DNA of 64,000 bases, taken from the NCBI GenBank assembly GCA_965200155.1, contig CBDATR010000024.1, positions 288,001-352,000 of the forward strand, given 5' to 3'. This DNA comes from Nitrosopumilaceae archaeon (lineage in GTDB: Archaea > Thermoproteota > Nitrososphaeria > Nitrososphaerales > Nitrosopumilaceae). This document shows positions 50,841 through 61,057 of this stretch, piece after piece (within the stretch, counting starts at the first letter, position 1; each line of letters begins with the position of its first letter). The notes under the pieces are model-generated. The model was not told the DNA's origin. It searched no databases and worked only from the letters and a program-made list of their open reading frames with translations. Position numbers and translations under genes: made by a program.

Positions 50841-52655
50841 ATGTTTGACAGCCTCCGCAAAGCGCTATCGGGAGTTTCAAAGGCATTTGTCGAGAAGGAG
50901 CTTGACGAGGGGACAATCGAGGATGCGCTCTCGGATCTGGAGATGTCATTACTGCAATCTGATGTGGCTTTGGAGGTTGTAGATGAGATCAGCCAAGATC
51001 TCAAGAACCGGTTGAGTGGCACTACGGTACCCAAAAAGAAGATACAAGAATTTGTGCGAGGGGCATTACTGGAATCTGTATCGTCACTGCTGGGGAATGC
51101 CGGGACTCTGGATGTGTTAGAGCGTATACGAATGAAGAATGAGTCAGGTGATCCATATGTCATCCTATTCCTGGGAATAAACGGGACTGGCAAGACTACT
51201 ACATTGGCCAAGATGGTATATTTACTAAAACAGCAAAATTTGACCGCAGTGGTTGCCGCCGCAGATACGTTTAGAGCCGGAGCCATTGAGCAGCTAAAAG
51301 AGCATACGGACAGATTACAGGTAAAGATAATATCACAAAATTACAACTCTGATCCCGCGGCAGTGGCGCGGGATGCTGTTCTTTATGCTAAATCCCATCG
51401 TGTCAACTGTGTCCTGATAGATACAGCAGGCCGCATCCAGACAAACACAAACCTGATGCAACAGATAGAAAAAATAATCAAGGTAGTGGGACCTGATCTT
51501 AGAATATTTGTCGGGGACTCCTTAGCAGGAAACGACGCGTTAAGCCAAGCCATACAGTTTCGTGACTACACTAACTTTGATTGCGTAATCATGACCAAGA
51601 GCGATGCCGATGCCAAAGGTGGAGCGGCTCTGTCTATAGTAAAGATGACATCAAAGCCGATTGTCTTTCTTGGCGTAGGTCAGGAGTATGGAGATCTAGC
51701 CCCATTCAAAAAAGAGGTGTTTTTGGATACACTGTTTGGCGAGGCAGAGGTGGATCCCTCCCTGTTATCTAGAATGCCCGATATGGCTGCCCCACCACCG
51801 GTCATTGAGGAACCAAAAGATGAACCTGCCATTCCGTCCCTATCACAGGAATTATCTCAGGATACCCATGCCCCACCACCGCTCATTGAGGAACCCAAGG
51901 ACATCCCTGATGCAGAATACGAAGAACCCCCGCAGCGAGATCCATTTGAGGGCATTTCTGATGATGACATAAAATCATATTCCGAGATAAACAAGGCTCC
52001 GCCTCCGGAGAGCGACGATGAGGCTCTGGAACTAGCCACGCAAATTAAAAAATGGATAAGTGACGGAAGGCCTTCTGGCAAGCCAGAACCCAAAGACGAA
52101 CCCCCACAGCGAGATCCATTTGAGGGCATTTCTGATGATGACATAAAATCATATTCCGAGATAAACAAGGCTCCGCCTCCGGAGAGCGACGATGAGGCTC
52201 TGGAACTAGCCACGCAAATTAAAAAATGGATAAGTGACGGAAGGCCTTCTGGCAAGCCAGAACCCAAAGACGAACCCCCGCAGCGAGATCCATTTGAGGG
52301 CATTTCTGATGATGACATAAAATCATATTCCGAGATAAACAGGGCTCCGCCTCCGGAGAGCGACGATGAGGCTCTGGAACTAGCCACGCAAATTAAAAAA
52401 TGGATAAGTGACGGAAGGCCTTCTGGCAAGCCAGAACCCAAAGACGAACCCCCGCAGCGAGATCCATTTGAGGGCATTTCTGATGATGACATAAAATCAT
52501 ATTCCGAGATAAACAGGGCTCCGCCTCCGGAGAGCGACGATGAGGCTCTGGAACTAGCCACGCAAATTAAAAAATGGATAAGTGACGGAAGGCCTTCTGG
52601 CAAGCCAGAACACAAGAAGAAAAAACGCGGATTGTTTGGGTTCTTCAGAAAATGA
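50841..52655 (+). CDS. ftsY: SRP receptor FtsY with a long acidic repeat C-terminal tail
   Basis: GINGTGKTTT, DTFRAGA, DTAGR, TKSD. Confidence 0.96.
   Translation: MFDSLRKALSGVSKAFVEKELDEGTIEDALSDLEMSLLQSDVALEVVDEISQDLKNRLSGTTVPKKKIQEFVRGALLESVSSLLGNAGTLDVLERIRMKNESGDPYVILFLGINGTGKTTTLAKMVYLLKQQNLTAVVAAADTFRAGAIEQLKEHTDRLQVKIISQNYNSDPAAVARDAVLYAKSHRVNCVLIDTAGRIQTNTNLMQQIEKIIKVVGPDLRIFVGDSLAGNDALSQAIQFRDYTNFDCVIMTKSDADAKGGAALSIVKMTSKPIVFLGVGQEYGDLAPFKKEVFLDTLFGEAEVDPSLLSRMPDMAAPPPVIEEPKDEPAIPSLSQELSQDTHAPPPLIEEPKDIPDAEYEEPPQRDPFEGISDDDIKSYSEINKAPPPESDDEALELATQIKKWISDGRPSGKPEPKDEPPQRDPFEGISDDDIKSYSEINKAPPPESDDEALELATQIKKWISDGRPSGKPEPKDEPPQRDPFEGISDDDIKSYSEINRAPPPESDDEALELATQIKKWISDGRPSGKPEPKDEPPQRDPFEGISDDDIKSYSEINRAPPPESDDEALELATQIKKWISDGRPSGKPEHKKKKRGLFGFFRK
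51924..52611 (+). repeat. Coding tandem repeat, about 4 x 174 bp (58 aa), near-identical
   Basis: Units start at 51924, 52098, 52272 and 52446. Confidence 0.97.
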
Positions 52656-53563
52656 CTCTATCCACCAAAGACCTACTAACATTGGAGGAGTTGAGTGCCT
52701 CTGAGTTCCGGGATATATTGGACCTTGCTATGAGGCTGAAGGCAGATTTGGTCTCAGGGAACAACCAAAGTTCACTAAAAAACAAAGTTTTGGTGATGTT
52801 CTTTCAAAAACCGTCCACTCGCACTCGTATCAGCTTTGAGGTAGGCATGTCTCAACTTGGTGGCCATGTGGTTAGCCTGTCATCTGATGAGATGCAGCTG
52901 TCTAGGGGCGAATCGTTGGCGGATACTGCACGCACTATATCCGGATATGCTGACTGTATAATGGGACGTGTATACGATCACAAGCAAATAGAGGAACTGG
53001 CTAGACATGCTAGCATTCCGGTGATAAATGGTCTGTCTGATGACTTTCACCCCTGTCAGACTCTCGCAGACTTTGCCGCTATACTGGAACAAAAAGGTAG
53101 ACTAAATGATATTCGAATCGCCTGGGTTGGTGACGGCAATAATGTCTGCAATTCCATGATATATGGGGCAGCTTTGTCTGAGGCAACAATGAGTATAGCC
53201 ACACCCAAAAGTCTGCGTCCACTAGATAGTATAGTGCAAAAGGCCCGTATGCATACTACCATAGATCTTGTAGAGGATCCTTATGCGGCGGTCAAAGACG
53301 CGGATGTGGTGGTAACTGACACGTTCAAGTCAATACATGATGCCACAGGTATACACCAAACAGAACTCTTTCCCAAATACCAGGTGAATGACAAACTAAT
53401 GTCACTTGCCAAACCTGATGCAATATTCATGCATTGCCTTCCTGCAACCCGCGGCAACGAGGTTACCGCATCGGTGATAGACGGACCACACTCTGTAGTG
53501 TGGGCTGAGGCAGAGTACCGCCTGTATACACAAAAGGCACTATTGTCTTTACTCTTGGCCTAG
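52652..53563 (+). CDS. argF: Ornithine carbamoyltransferase
   Basis: PSTRTR, HPCQ, GDGNNV, FMHCLP. Confidence 0.96.
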   Translation: MTLSTKDLLTLEELSASEFRDILDLAMRLKADLVSGNNQSSLKNKVLVMFFQKPSTRTRISFEVGMSQLGGHVVSLSSDEMQLSRGESLADTARTISGYADCIMGRVYDHKQIEELARHASIPVINGLSDDFHPCQTLADFAAILEQKGRLNDIRIAWVGDGNNVCNSMIYGAALSEATMSIATPKSLRPLDSIVQKARMHTTIDLVEDPYAAVKDADVVVTDTFKSIHDATGIHQTELFPKYQVNDKLMSLAKPDAIFMHCLPATRGNEVTASVIDGPHSVVWAEAEYRLYTQKALLSLLLA

Positions 53564-53667
53564 GACGTGTAGTCATGTGTGAGCAGACTTTGTCTTTCAA
53601 GTTCTGAGTTGGGAGATGCGTCACTCGTAAAAATGGTAGCCAAGTCTTGCTGCTTGCGTAACCGTTT

Positions 53668-53899
53668 GTAGCCGTTTAGGTCGCGTTAAAGATCACACAT
53701 CTAGACGGTGAATTCATGGGTATACAGCGAACACCATAATTCTGACATGTAAGACAGGGATTGTATGTGACAAATGTGGATTTGTTACACAAGGACTTAT
53801 GGTGGCTGCCACATGTGAGGTATCATGACTGAAAAGGCAGGAATGGGCATGTTAGCGGTATATTTTAAGCGGTTGCACAGGGGTGACCTAAACGGTTAC
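53668..53899. mobile_element. Element with MITE2-type TIRs carrying a family-3 MITE (53727-53809)
   Basis: GTAGCCGTTTAGGTCGC … GTGACCTAAACGGTTAC; an extra GTAACCGTTT at 53658. Confidence 0.65.
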
Positions 53900-54055
53900 G
53901 ATCCTCAAAGTATGTATCCACCTTGTGCAGGCTGCGATAGAATTACGGTACATCAAGGAACATGAAGAAAAATACGAACCAAATACGCCAAGCGTCGACT
54001 GTGCTTGGAGCGACATGAATGGTTACTATTCCCTTCCATTCTCAGTTTACATTGA

Positions 54056-54515
54056 ATGAGCGACAATCATAACACGATGACACAAGAAAGAGCCACAATT
54101 CTAGTCTCCGGAAAGGTTCAGGGGGTGGGACTCCGCAATAGTGTTAAAAATGTGGTGAAAGAAATTGGGCTGAAAGGTAGTGTGGAGAACCTTGAGGACG
54201 AATCCGTATTAATAATATGCGAGGGTGACAGTACATAGAGTCACTCATTGCTGCCATCAACAAATTGGAAGAACCTGTACAATAGATGATATGCAAGTGA
54301 AATATACTGCTGCCACTGGAGAATTCACCATATTCAAGATAATCTCGGGAGACATGCAATTAGAAATACTCAATGCAATGAATACCGGCGCTTCTCGGCT
54401 AAATATGCTAATTGACTACGCAAAGCATCACTCAAAGCAGAACGACACAATAATTGGGCAGAACATCCTTGCTCAAAAAGATCGGGATCGACTCCAAGAT
54501 CAACCACCGGTTTAA
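54056..54515 (+). pseudogene. Acylphosphatase-like gene with C-terminal extension, frameshifted
   Basis: VSGKVQGVG.R and GSVENLEDESV; the continuation lies in other frames. Confidence 0.75.
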
Positions 54516-54523
54516 TCATACTG

Positions 54524-54823
54524 GTAATCGTTTAGGTCACCTAAGTGTTTTTCCTAATATGCAACCAAGGCAGGGACTAAATCCTGTTATCTCACTGCGC
54601 TACATTTGCGAACACAACATACGTTAGGGCTGGCGGTGTCTATCACCCACCGCTTCGGGCTTGTGGTTACCGGATTTTGTGTCATGAAAGCAATTCGGGT
54701 ATGAGTTCACCTATGTCTAAATTTACGCATAACTGATAGAACCGGTTACCAGTTAATGTGATTTGTGCATAAGATTCCGGAAGACGTGAACTCATACCAA
54801 TTCGGAGTGACCTAAACGGTTAC
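54524..54823. mobile_element. MITE family 2 carrying a MITE1
   Basis: GTAATCGTTTAGGTCAC … GTGACCTAAACGGTTAC. Confidence 0.8.
54699..54797. mobile_element. MITE1 variant (99 bp)
   Basis: TSD CAATTCGG; AGAACCGGTTAC replaces CGCGA. Confidence 0.95.
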
Positions 54824-54874
54824 CGCTACTTTGGCGCTTACGTATATAAGTAAACACAGGCGTCATGTCAACAC

Positions 54875-55360
54875 ATGGCTTATTCAAGAATAATGCGGCG
54901 TCTACGGGAAGAAAAGACCAACTACAAAAAGCGGAAGACTATGCTTATGGGAAAGCGAAATTTTGTCACCGTAGTTATCTCCAATGAGAATACCCATGTG
55001 CAGGTTATACATCCAAGCATGAACGGGGATCGCGTTGTGGCGTCTGCCCATTCAGGACGGCTACTCCAAATTGGATGGAAGGGTTCTCGCAAGAGTATAC
55101 CGGCGGCGTACTTGACTGGCTACATGGCAGGTAAGAGGGCTATTCGTAGTGGCGCGATCAATGCCATACTATATACGGGTACTAGGAGGTACACCCAGCG
55201 TATGGCTGCCGCACTAAAAGGTATGATTGATGCAGGTCTCCAAATACCCGCGGATCCGGATACATTCCCACCTCAGGAACGTATACTAGGTGAGCATCTT
55301 ACAGTAAAGAATGATGTAACTGTATTCAAAACACAAATTGAGGGTGAGGCGTCCAAATAA
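54875..55360 (+). CDS. rpl18: Ribosomal protein L18
   Basis: RRLREEKTNY, PAAYLTG. Confidence 0.95.
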   Translation: MAYSRIMRRLREEKTNYKKRKTMLMGKRNFVTVVISNENTHVQVIHPSMNGDRVVASAHSGRLLQIGWKGSRKSIPAAYLTGYMAGKRAIRSGAINAILYTGTRRYTQRMAAALKGMIDAGLQIPADPDTFPPQERILGEHLTVKNDVTVFKTQIEGEASK

Positions 55361-55980
55361 TGAACCGACAAGGCAATCGTAAGGATGCAGATGAGGTATG
55401 GATTCCCAAGACCAAGCTTGGCAGGCAGGTTAACTCCGGTGGTATAACAAAACTTGAGGCTATAATAGAGCAGGGGCTACGGGTGCAGGAGGCTGGCATA
55501 ATCAAGAAGTTACTACCCGATCTAAAGGCTGAGGTCATAGATGTGGGTATAATACAAAAAATGACATCCAACGGACAGTCTACCCGTTTCAAGGCTATAG
55601 TGGCCGCCGGAAACGGAAACGGCTATCTGGGCGTTGGCCAGGGTAAGTCCAAACAGATGCGCATAGCCATAGAGAAAGCCACCAATCAGGCTTACCTTAA
55701 TGTTAGTCCAGTCAAGTTGGGTTGTGGCAGCTGGGAATGCAGGTGTGATCAGAAACACTCTGTTCCCTTCAAGATACGAGGTAAGGGTGGCAGCGTTACA
55801 ATAGAGATACTTCCTGCTCCGCGTGGGTTGGGCCTTGTGGCCGGGGGAAAGATAAAACAGCTACTGGAGATGGCCGGATTAAAGGATGCATGGACAAAGG
55901 CCACCGGTTCTACAGCAACCATGAATTCCACATCCAAAGCTATTCTGAATTGTCTGAGGCAGACCTTCAGTCAAGGGTGA
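55360..55980 (+). CDS. rps5: Ribosomal protein S5
   Basis: WIPKTKLG, GCGSWEC, PAPRGLG. Confidence 0.96.
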   Translation: MNRQGNRKDADEVWIPKTKLGRQVNSGGITKLEAIIEQGLRVQEAGIIKKLLPDLKAEVIDVGIIQKMTSNGQSTRFKAIVAAGNGNGYLGVGQGKSKQMRIAIEKATNQAYLNVSPVKLGCGSWECRCDQKHSVPFKIRGKGGSVTIEILPAPRGLGLVAGGKIKQLLEMAGLKDAWTKATGSTATMNSTSKAILNCLRQTFSQG

Positions 55981-55989
55981 GATGACGCA

Positions 55990-56457
55990 ATGACTGGGGC
56001 ATATTTGGTAGTACGTGTAAAAGGCCAGGCCGATGTGCCGCATTGGGCACAAACCACTATGCGACTACTAAAGCTGGAGAAGAAGCATCGCGCTACCATA
56101 ATCCCTGCAACCGATACTGCCGCAGGAATGCTCAAGAAGATACAGACCTTTGTATCTTGGACTGATGCACAACCCGCTATAGTGCAGGAGCTTTTGCAAA
56201 AGAAGGCTCGCAAGTCAGGATACAAGAAGGTAGATGCATCGGATCTGCCGGAGATGGGGTATGATAGCATGGAATCCTTGGCTGCCTCACTATCTGATGG
56301 CAAGATATCGCTCTCTAAAGTACCTCTGCTTAAGCCATGGTTTGCACTCTCGCCACCCCGCTCAGGATACAAGAGGAGTACAAAGAGGCTGGCTGGACAG
56401 AGGGGTGTTCTTGGTAAATATGACGGGCTATCTGACATGGTACGGAGGATGGTATAG
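55990..56457 (+). CDS. rpl30: Ribosomal protein L30
   Basis: VVRVKG and FALSPPR motifs; operon position. Confidence 0.94.
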   Translation: MTGAYLVVRVKGQADVPHWAQTTMRLLKLEKKHRATIIPATDTAAGMLKKIQTFVSWTDAQPAIVQELLQKKARKSGYKKVDASDLPEMGYDSMESLAASLSDGKISLSKVPLLKPWFALSPPRSGYKRSTKRLAGQRGVLGKYDGLSDMVRRMV

Positions 56458-56882
56458 TGGCCACCCGACTGCGTAAGACACGAAAGTACAGAGGATCTAG
56501 GAACCATGGATGGGGACAGGTGGGCCAACACCGTGCCAGCGGTCACAAGGGCGGACTGGGCGTATCCGGCCAGTTAAAACACCATTATTCCTCCATGCTC
56601 ATGAACGAGCCGGACCACTTTGGGCATTCCTCTACCAGGCCACCAGTGCCAAACGTAACCAAGAAGTGGGCTAGTGTGCGCGATTTAGCTGATCTATATG
56701 CGAAGTATGGTTCTCGGGACGGAGAGAAGAATGTAATCAACCTCTTCGCGTTAGGATACCAAAAACTGCTGGGTGGAGGTACCGTCTCCATGCCATATAC
56801 GGTGATAATACCCGCCAGTACAAAGTCCGCGACTGAAAAAGTGCGCGGCGCCGGTGGCGAGGTGCAGTCCAGCAATGGTTAA
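56457..56882 (+). CDS. rpl15: Ribosomal protein L15
   Basis: RGSRNHGWG, KLLGGG. Confidence 0.95.
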   Translation: MATRLRKTRKYRGSRNHGWGQVGQHRASGHKGGLGVSGQLKHHYSSMLMNEPDHFGHSSTRPPVPNVTKKWASVRDLADLYAKYGSRDGEKNVINLFALGYQKLLGGGTVSMPYTVIIPASTKSATEKVRGAGGEVQSSNG

Positions 56883-58305
56883 GGGAAGCGCTACCGATCT
56901 AATACGCAGGATCGTCTTCCGCGCAGAACCCTATCTACCTCAGGTACCAAAACCCAAGAAGAAGCTCACGTTACAGAAACGTCTCCTGTGGAGCGGCGTT
57001 GCCTTACTCATATACATGGTAATGGGTCAGACTCCGCTCTTTGGCACATTCACTCCAGAATTGGACTTCTTTGCATTTGCCCGAGTCATATTTGCCTCGC
57101 AGCAGGGTACACTGGTGGAGCTGGGCATAGCCCCCATAGTAACTGCCGGTCTGCTTATGCAACTCTTGCGTGGCTCTGAAATACTCAAATTTGATTTTAA
57201 GAATCCCAAAGAACGCGGAGTCTTCCAGACTGCTACCAAGCTGGTTACCTATATTATCATCGTCGCCGAGTCAACCATATACAGTATCGCGGTGTATGGT
57301 GACGGGGTAGCAGATCCATCCCACCTATACGTGATGATGGGCCAGCTTATGGCCGCCTCTATACTGATCATGTTCCTGGATGAGATGATACAGAAAGGCT
57401 GGGGATTGGGTAGCGGTATAAGCTTGTTCATCATGGCTGGTGTTACCCAACAAATACTGTGGAGTATATTTAGTCCGCTTCCTGCCAATGATGGTGGCTC
57501 CATCGGCATAATCCCATTCCTGTTCCAGTCTGCCATGGCAGGGGATCTCTCTAATGTATTCTTCAGGGCAAACCAGCTGCCCAGCATATTTGGGTTGCTT
57601 TTAACAGCGGGCATATTACTTATACTTGTCTTCACGCAGGGCATGAAGATAGAGATACCCATAGTCTCTACGCGGTACCGTGGTTTCTCTGCTGTATATC
57701 CCATAAAGATGATGTATGTGTCCAATATACCAGTAATACTGGCCTCGGCACTGACTGCCAACGTGGTATTCATAGGTCAGCTGCTTTGGTCGAATGTAAA
57801 TCCGCGCAATACAGATGTCTTTTGGAACGTCTTGGCGCAGTTTGATCCAACAAATCCATCATCCCCTGTGGGTGGCATAATCTATTACGTGACTCCGCCC
57901 CGTGGCCTGGATGTCGCGGCGCAGGATCCTACCCGGGCCGTAGGGTATGTTCTATTCATGATAGGTATTGTAGTCCTCTTTGGCCGCCTGTGGGTAGAGC
58001 TGGGTGGACTCTCGCCCAAGAGCGCAGCGCAGAACCTGCTGGACGCGGACGTGCAGGTGCCTGGATTTAGACGATCCAATAAGCCTGTGGAATCGCTCCT
58101 GAACAAGTACATCCCGTCGGTCACAATAATCGGCTCCATGATATTGGGTCTGTTAGCTGGCGTGTCTGATGTACTAGGCGTGTTTGGTACGGGTATAGGA
58201 GTTTTGCTTATGGTAGACATACTGATCAATTACTACACTCAGCTTGTACGAGAGCAGGTCGAGGTAGTGATGCCGCGGTTGGGTGCGTTGCTTGGCAGGC
58301 GCTAA
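56875..58305 (+). CDS. secY: Preprotein translocase SecY
   Basis: ELGIAPIVTAG, KGWGLGSGISLFI, SNIPVIL, PGFRR. Confidence 0.97.
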   Translation: MVKGSATDLIRRIVFRAEPYLPQVPKPKKKLTLQKRLLWSGVALLIYMVMGQTPLFGTFTPELDFFAFARVIFASQQGTLVELGIAPIVTAGLLMQLLRGSEILKFDFKNPKERGVFQTATKLVTYIIIVAESTIYSIAVYGDGVADPSHLYVMMGQLMAASILIMFLDEMIQKGWGLGSGISLFIMAGVTQQILWSIFSPLPANDGGSIGIIPFLFQSAMAGDLSNVFFRANQLPSIFGLLLTAGILLILVFTQGMKIEIPIVSTRYRGFSAVYPIKMMYVSNIPVILASALTANVVFIGQLLWSNVNPRNTDVFWNVLAQFDPTNPSSPVGGIIYYVTPPRGLDVAAQDPTRAVGYVLFMIGIVVLFGRLWVELGGLSPKSAAQNLLDADVQVPGFRRSNKPVESLLNKYIPSVTIIGSMILGLLAGVSDVLGVFGTGIGVLLMVDILINYYTQLVREQVEVVMPRLGALLGRR

Positions 58306-58879
58306 GCGTGTTATTGTAGTGGGCATACCTGGTGTGGGCAAGACTACACTTCTTAGATCCGTGGTGGATAGGATGCGCACCAGTGGTCAAAATGTATCCG
58401 CGTGTAGTTTTGGCACCGTAATGCTAGATGAGGCCAAGAAGAGTGGTATAACTGATAGGGATATGCTCCGGAACTTGCCTACTCCAGAACAGATACGACT
58501 GCAAAAGAGTGCTGCCCAGTACATAACCCGCCAACAGGGGGATGTGATTATAATCGATACACACGCGTTTGTAAGCACGCGCTCCGGTTACTATCCGGGA
58601 TTGCCTGAGCGCGTAATACGTATACTGGAACCGGCCGGATATGTATTATTATCGGCCAAACCCGAGGAGATATACAACAGGCGTATGAACGATCCTACAC
58701 GGCAGCGTGATCACATCCACATATTAGATATAAAGCAAGAACTATCTCTACAAGTAGCCATGGTTGCCGCGTGCTCAGTAGTGTCTGGTGCCCCTCTCAA
58801 GGCGGTAATGAACCGTCAGGACAAGATGGAAGATGCAGTAGATGAGATGATATCTGTGATAGGAGCGATGGATAAATGA
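58283..58879 (+). CDS. adkA: Archaeal adenylate kinase
   Basis: GIPGVGKTT, DTH, GYYPGLP; start uncertain. Confidence 0.93.
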   Translation: MRCLAGAKRVIVVGIPGVGKTTLLRSVVDRMRTSGQNVSACSFGTVMLDEAKKSGITDRDMLRNLPTPEQIRLQKSAAQYITRQQGDVIIIDTHAFVSTRSGYYPGLPERVIRILEPAGYVLLSAKPEEIYNRRMNDPTRQRDHIHILDIKQELSLQVAMVAACSVVSGAPLKAVMNRQDKMEDAVDEMISVIGAMDK

Positions 58880-59508
58880 ATGCCATACTACTGTACCTAG
58901 AGGCAATATTCTTGCAGGAAGATGGTGGCTTTATGGATTTCTTGGGCGGAGATCGTGGCGCGCTGGGTAGCGATGATCCCGTCATAGCCGGTGTTATAGC
59001 GGCTGCCTTTGCGGTATCCGGTTTTGGTATACTGTTGAATCTAATGAATGCTGCCATACGCAAAAAGATGGTAGACCAGGTAAAGTGGCGCCGCATAATG
59101 AAGGAGACAAGAGCATTCCAGAAGGAGCGAATGTCTGCCTATCGTTCCAAGGATCAGGCCAAGATAGATAGCCTTAACAAAAAATCCGCATACATGAACA
59201 AGCTCTCCATGGAGCTGATGCAAATGAACCTGCGTCCCATGATGATCACATTTGTCCCCCTGATACTGATATTCTACTTTGTACTGCCGTACCTCTTCTC
59301 GTATACGGTGGCAATATCTCCCATACCCCTTAATGTCATACCCGGCGACATCTTTGCGCTTACATGTACCGCAGAGCAAGCGGCAGATCCGGATCATGTA
59401 TGTGAAACGGAGAATACAATCTTTCTTTGGGCGTGGTACTTTTTGTCTTCCATAGCGTTTAGCGGAATGATAATGAAACTCACCAAGACAAGTATGGATC
59501 TCACTTGA
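58876..59508 (+). CDS. EMC3/TMCO1 (DUF106) Oxa1-superfamily membrane protein
   Basis: TM, coiled coil, RPMMITFVP and WYFLSS; located between adk and cmk. Confidence 0.88.
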   Translation: MNAILLYLEAIFLQEDGGFMDFLGGDRGALGSDDPVIAGVIAAAFAVSGFGILLNLMNAAIRKKMVDQVKWRRIMKETRAFQKERMSAYRSKDQAKIDSLNKKSAYMNKLSMELMQMNLRPMMITFVPLILIFYFVLPYLFSYTVAISPIPLNVIPGDIFALTCTAEQAADPDHVCETENTIFLWAWYFLSSIAFSGMIMKLTKTSMDLT

Positions 59509-60065
59509 CTCAATCAATAGTGTTATCCGGGCCCCCTGCCGTGGGTAAATCCACTGTGGCGCAACATCTGGCCTCACACTATAACATGGAGTGGATAAGC
59601 GGTGGTGATGTACTAAAGGATATGGCCAGGGAGCGCGGCTTTGATCCCTCTGGTAAAGATTGGTGGGACACGCCCAAGGGCATGGAATTTCTGGCAATGC
59701 GCGAAGAAAACTTTGAGTTTGACAGAAGCATGGATAAGCGTCTCTTGGAGATATGTGAGCGCGGTGGTGTCATAATCACCAGTTACACCTTGCCTTGGCT
59801 TACCGAAAAAGTGGTACGAGTGTGGCTGGAATGCTCCCTGGCTGTCAGCGCCCGTCGTATGCAGAGGCGAGACGGCGTCGATTCCAAAAGTGCATATGTT
59901 ATCACCGAGAATAGGTATAGGCGCAACATTCAGTTATACAGACGACATTATGGGTTTGATTTTGGTAGGGATGACTTGGTATTTGATGTGGTGGTGAATA
60001 CCGATGACAAGGATATTGGGCAGGTGCTAGATGCAGTTATTCAGAACCTAGATGTGTTGCTATGA
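59505..60065 (+). CDS. cmk: Cytidylate kinase, archaeal type
   Basis: SGPPAVGKST, ISGGD. Confidence 0.9.
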   Translation: MTQSIVLSGPPAVGKSTVAQHLASHYNMEWISGGDVLKDMARERGFDPSGKDWWDTPKGMEFLAMREENFEFDRSMDKRLLEICERGGVIITSYTLPWLTEKVVRVWLECSLAVSARRMQRRDGVDSKSAYVITENRYRRNIQLYRRHYGFDFGRDDLVFDVVVNTDDKDIGQVLDAVIQNLDVLL

Positions 60066-61057
60066 CACTACCCCAGCTGGAGAACCTCGTGCTGATTGAC
60101 CGGGACGAGACGGATCCTCAGTATGGTGTCGCGTATGATGCGCGCAGTATGGAGCAGCTGTTGAACTATGGCCTTATTATCCTAGATAAACCGCCCGGTC
60201 CCACTAGCCACGAGACTGTTGCCTGGGCCAAGCGTATACTTGGCCTGGGCAAGATAGGTCACAGCGGTACACTGGATCCCCAAGTCTCCGGCGTTCTCCC
60301 ACTGGGGCTGGGTGAGGCCACAAAAGCTCTGGGTGTCTTACTGGAGGGTCCCAAAGAGTATCATGCCATATGCAGGTTTCATGCAATGCCAAAACCACAA
60401 CAGTTGCGCTCACTACTGGATGAGTTTCATGGACCCATATACCAGCGTCCTCCCCAGCGTTCCAGCGTCAAGCGTCGCACAAGAACCAGAACCATACACA
60501 AGATTGAGCTTTTGGAGCAGAAGGCAGAGCTGGCCCTTATGAGGGTGGTCTGCGAGTCCGGGACATATATCCGCAAGCTGCTGTATGATATGGGGGAGAT
60601 ACTGGGTCCGGGCGCTACCATGATAGAGCTGCGCCGCACCAGGGTACACCAGTTCGCCGAGGCTGGTGGACTTGTGACACTGCACCATCTTGTTGACGCA
60701 TATGCCACATGGAAAGAGTCCGGCGATACCACCCTTCTGTCTTCCATGGTATTACCCGTGGAGGCAGCCATGAGTCAGGTAAAATCGGTGGTAATACGAG
60801 ATTCCGCGGTAGATGCCATATGTCATGGTGCTCAACTTGCAGTTCCCGGTGTACTACAGATATCGCCAGATATGGCTACTGGTGATACTGTTGCAGTATA
60901 TACGCAGAAGGGGGAGGTTGTGTCCCTTGCCAGCTGTGTGATGGATGAGGCCCAGATTAAAGAGTCCAAGAAGGGTTGTGCCTTTGAGACCAAGCGTATC
61001 ATAATGGCGCCCGGCACCTATCCGCGACGTTGGCGCACTCGGGGCAGGCATGAATAG
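60062..61057 (+). CDS. cbf5: H/ACA pseudouridine synthase Cbf5
   Basis: DKPPGPTSH, GHSGTLDP, GTYIRK, PUA domain. Confidence 0.96.
   Translation: MTLPQLENLVLIDRDETDPQYGVAYDARSMEQLLNYGLIILDKPPGPTSHETVAWAKRILGLGKIGHSGTLDPQVSGVLPLGLGEATKALGVLLEGPKEYHAICRFHAMPKPQQLRSLLDEFHGPIYQRPPQRSSVKRRTRTRTIHKIELLEQKAELALMRVVCESGTYIRKLLYDMGEILGPGATMIELRRTRVHQFAEAGGLVTLHHLVDAYATWKESGDTTLLSSMVLPVEAAMSQVKSVVIRDSAVDAICHGAQLAVPGVLQISPDMATGDTVAVYTQKGEVVSLASCVMDEAQIKESKKGCAFETKRIIMAPGTYPRRWRTRGRHE

Noticed and set aside
51788-51910. PPP(V/L)IEEPKD duplication in ftsY as a third spacer-type event
   Set aside because: The period is 81 bp with degenerate borders; more simply an old coding duplication.
51857-52615. 252-aa antisense repeat ORF and many other overlapping ORFs
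   Set aside because: Shadow frames of well-supported genes.
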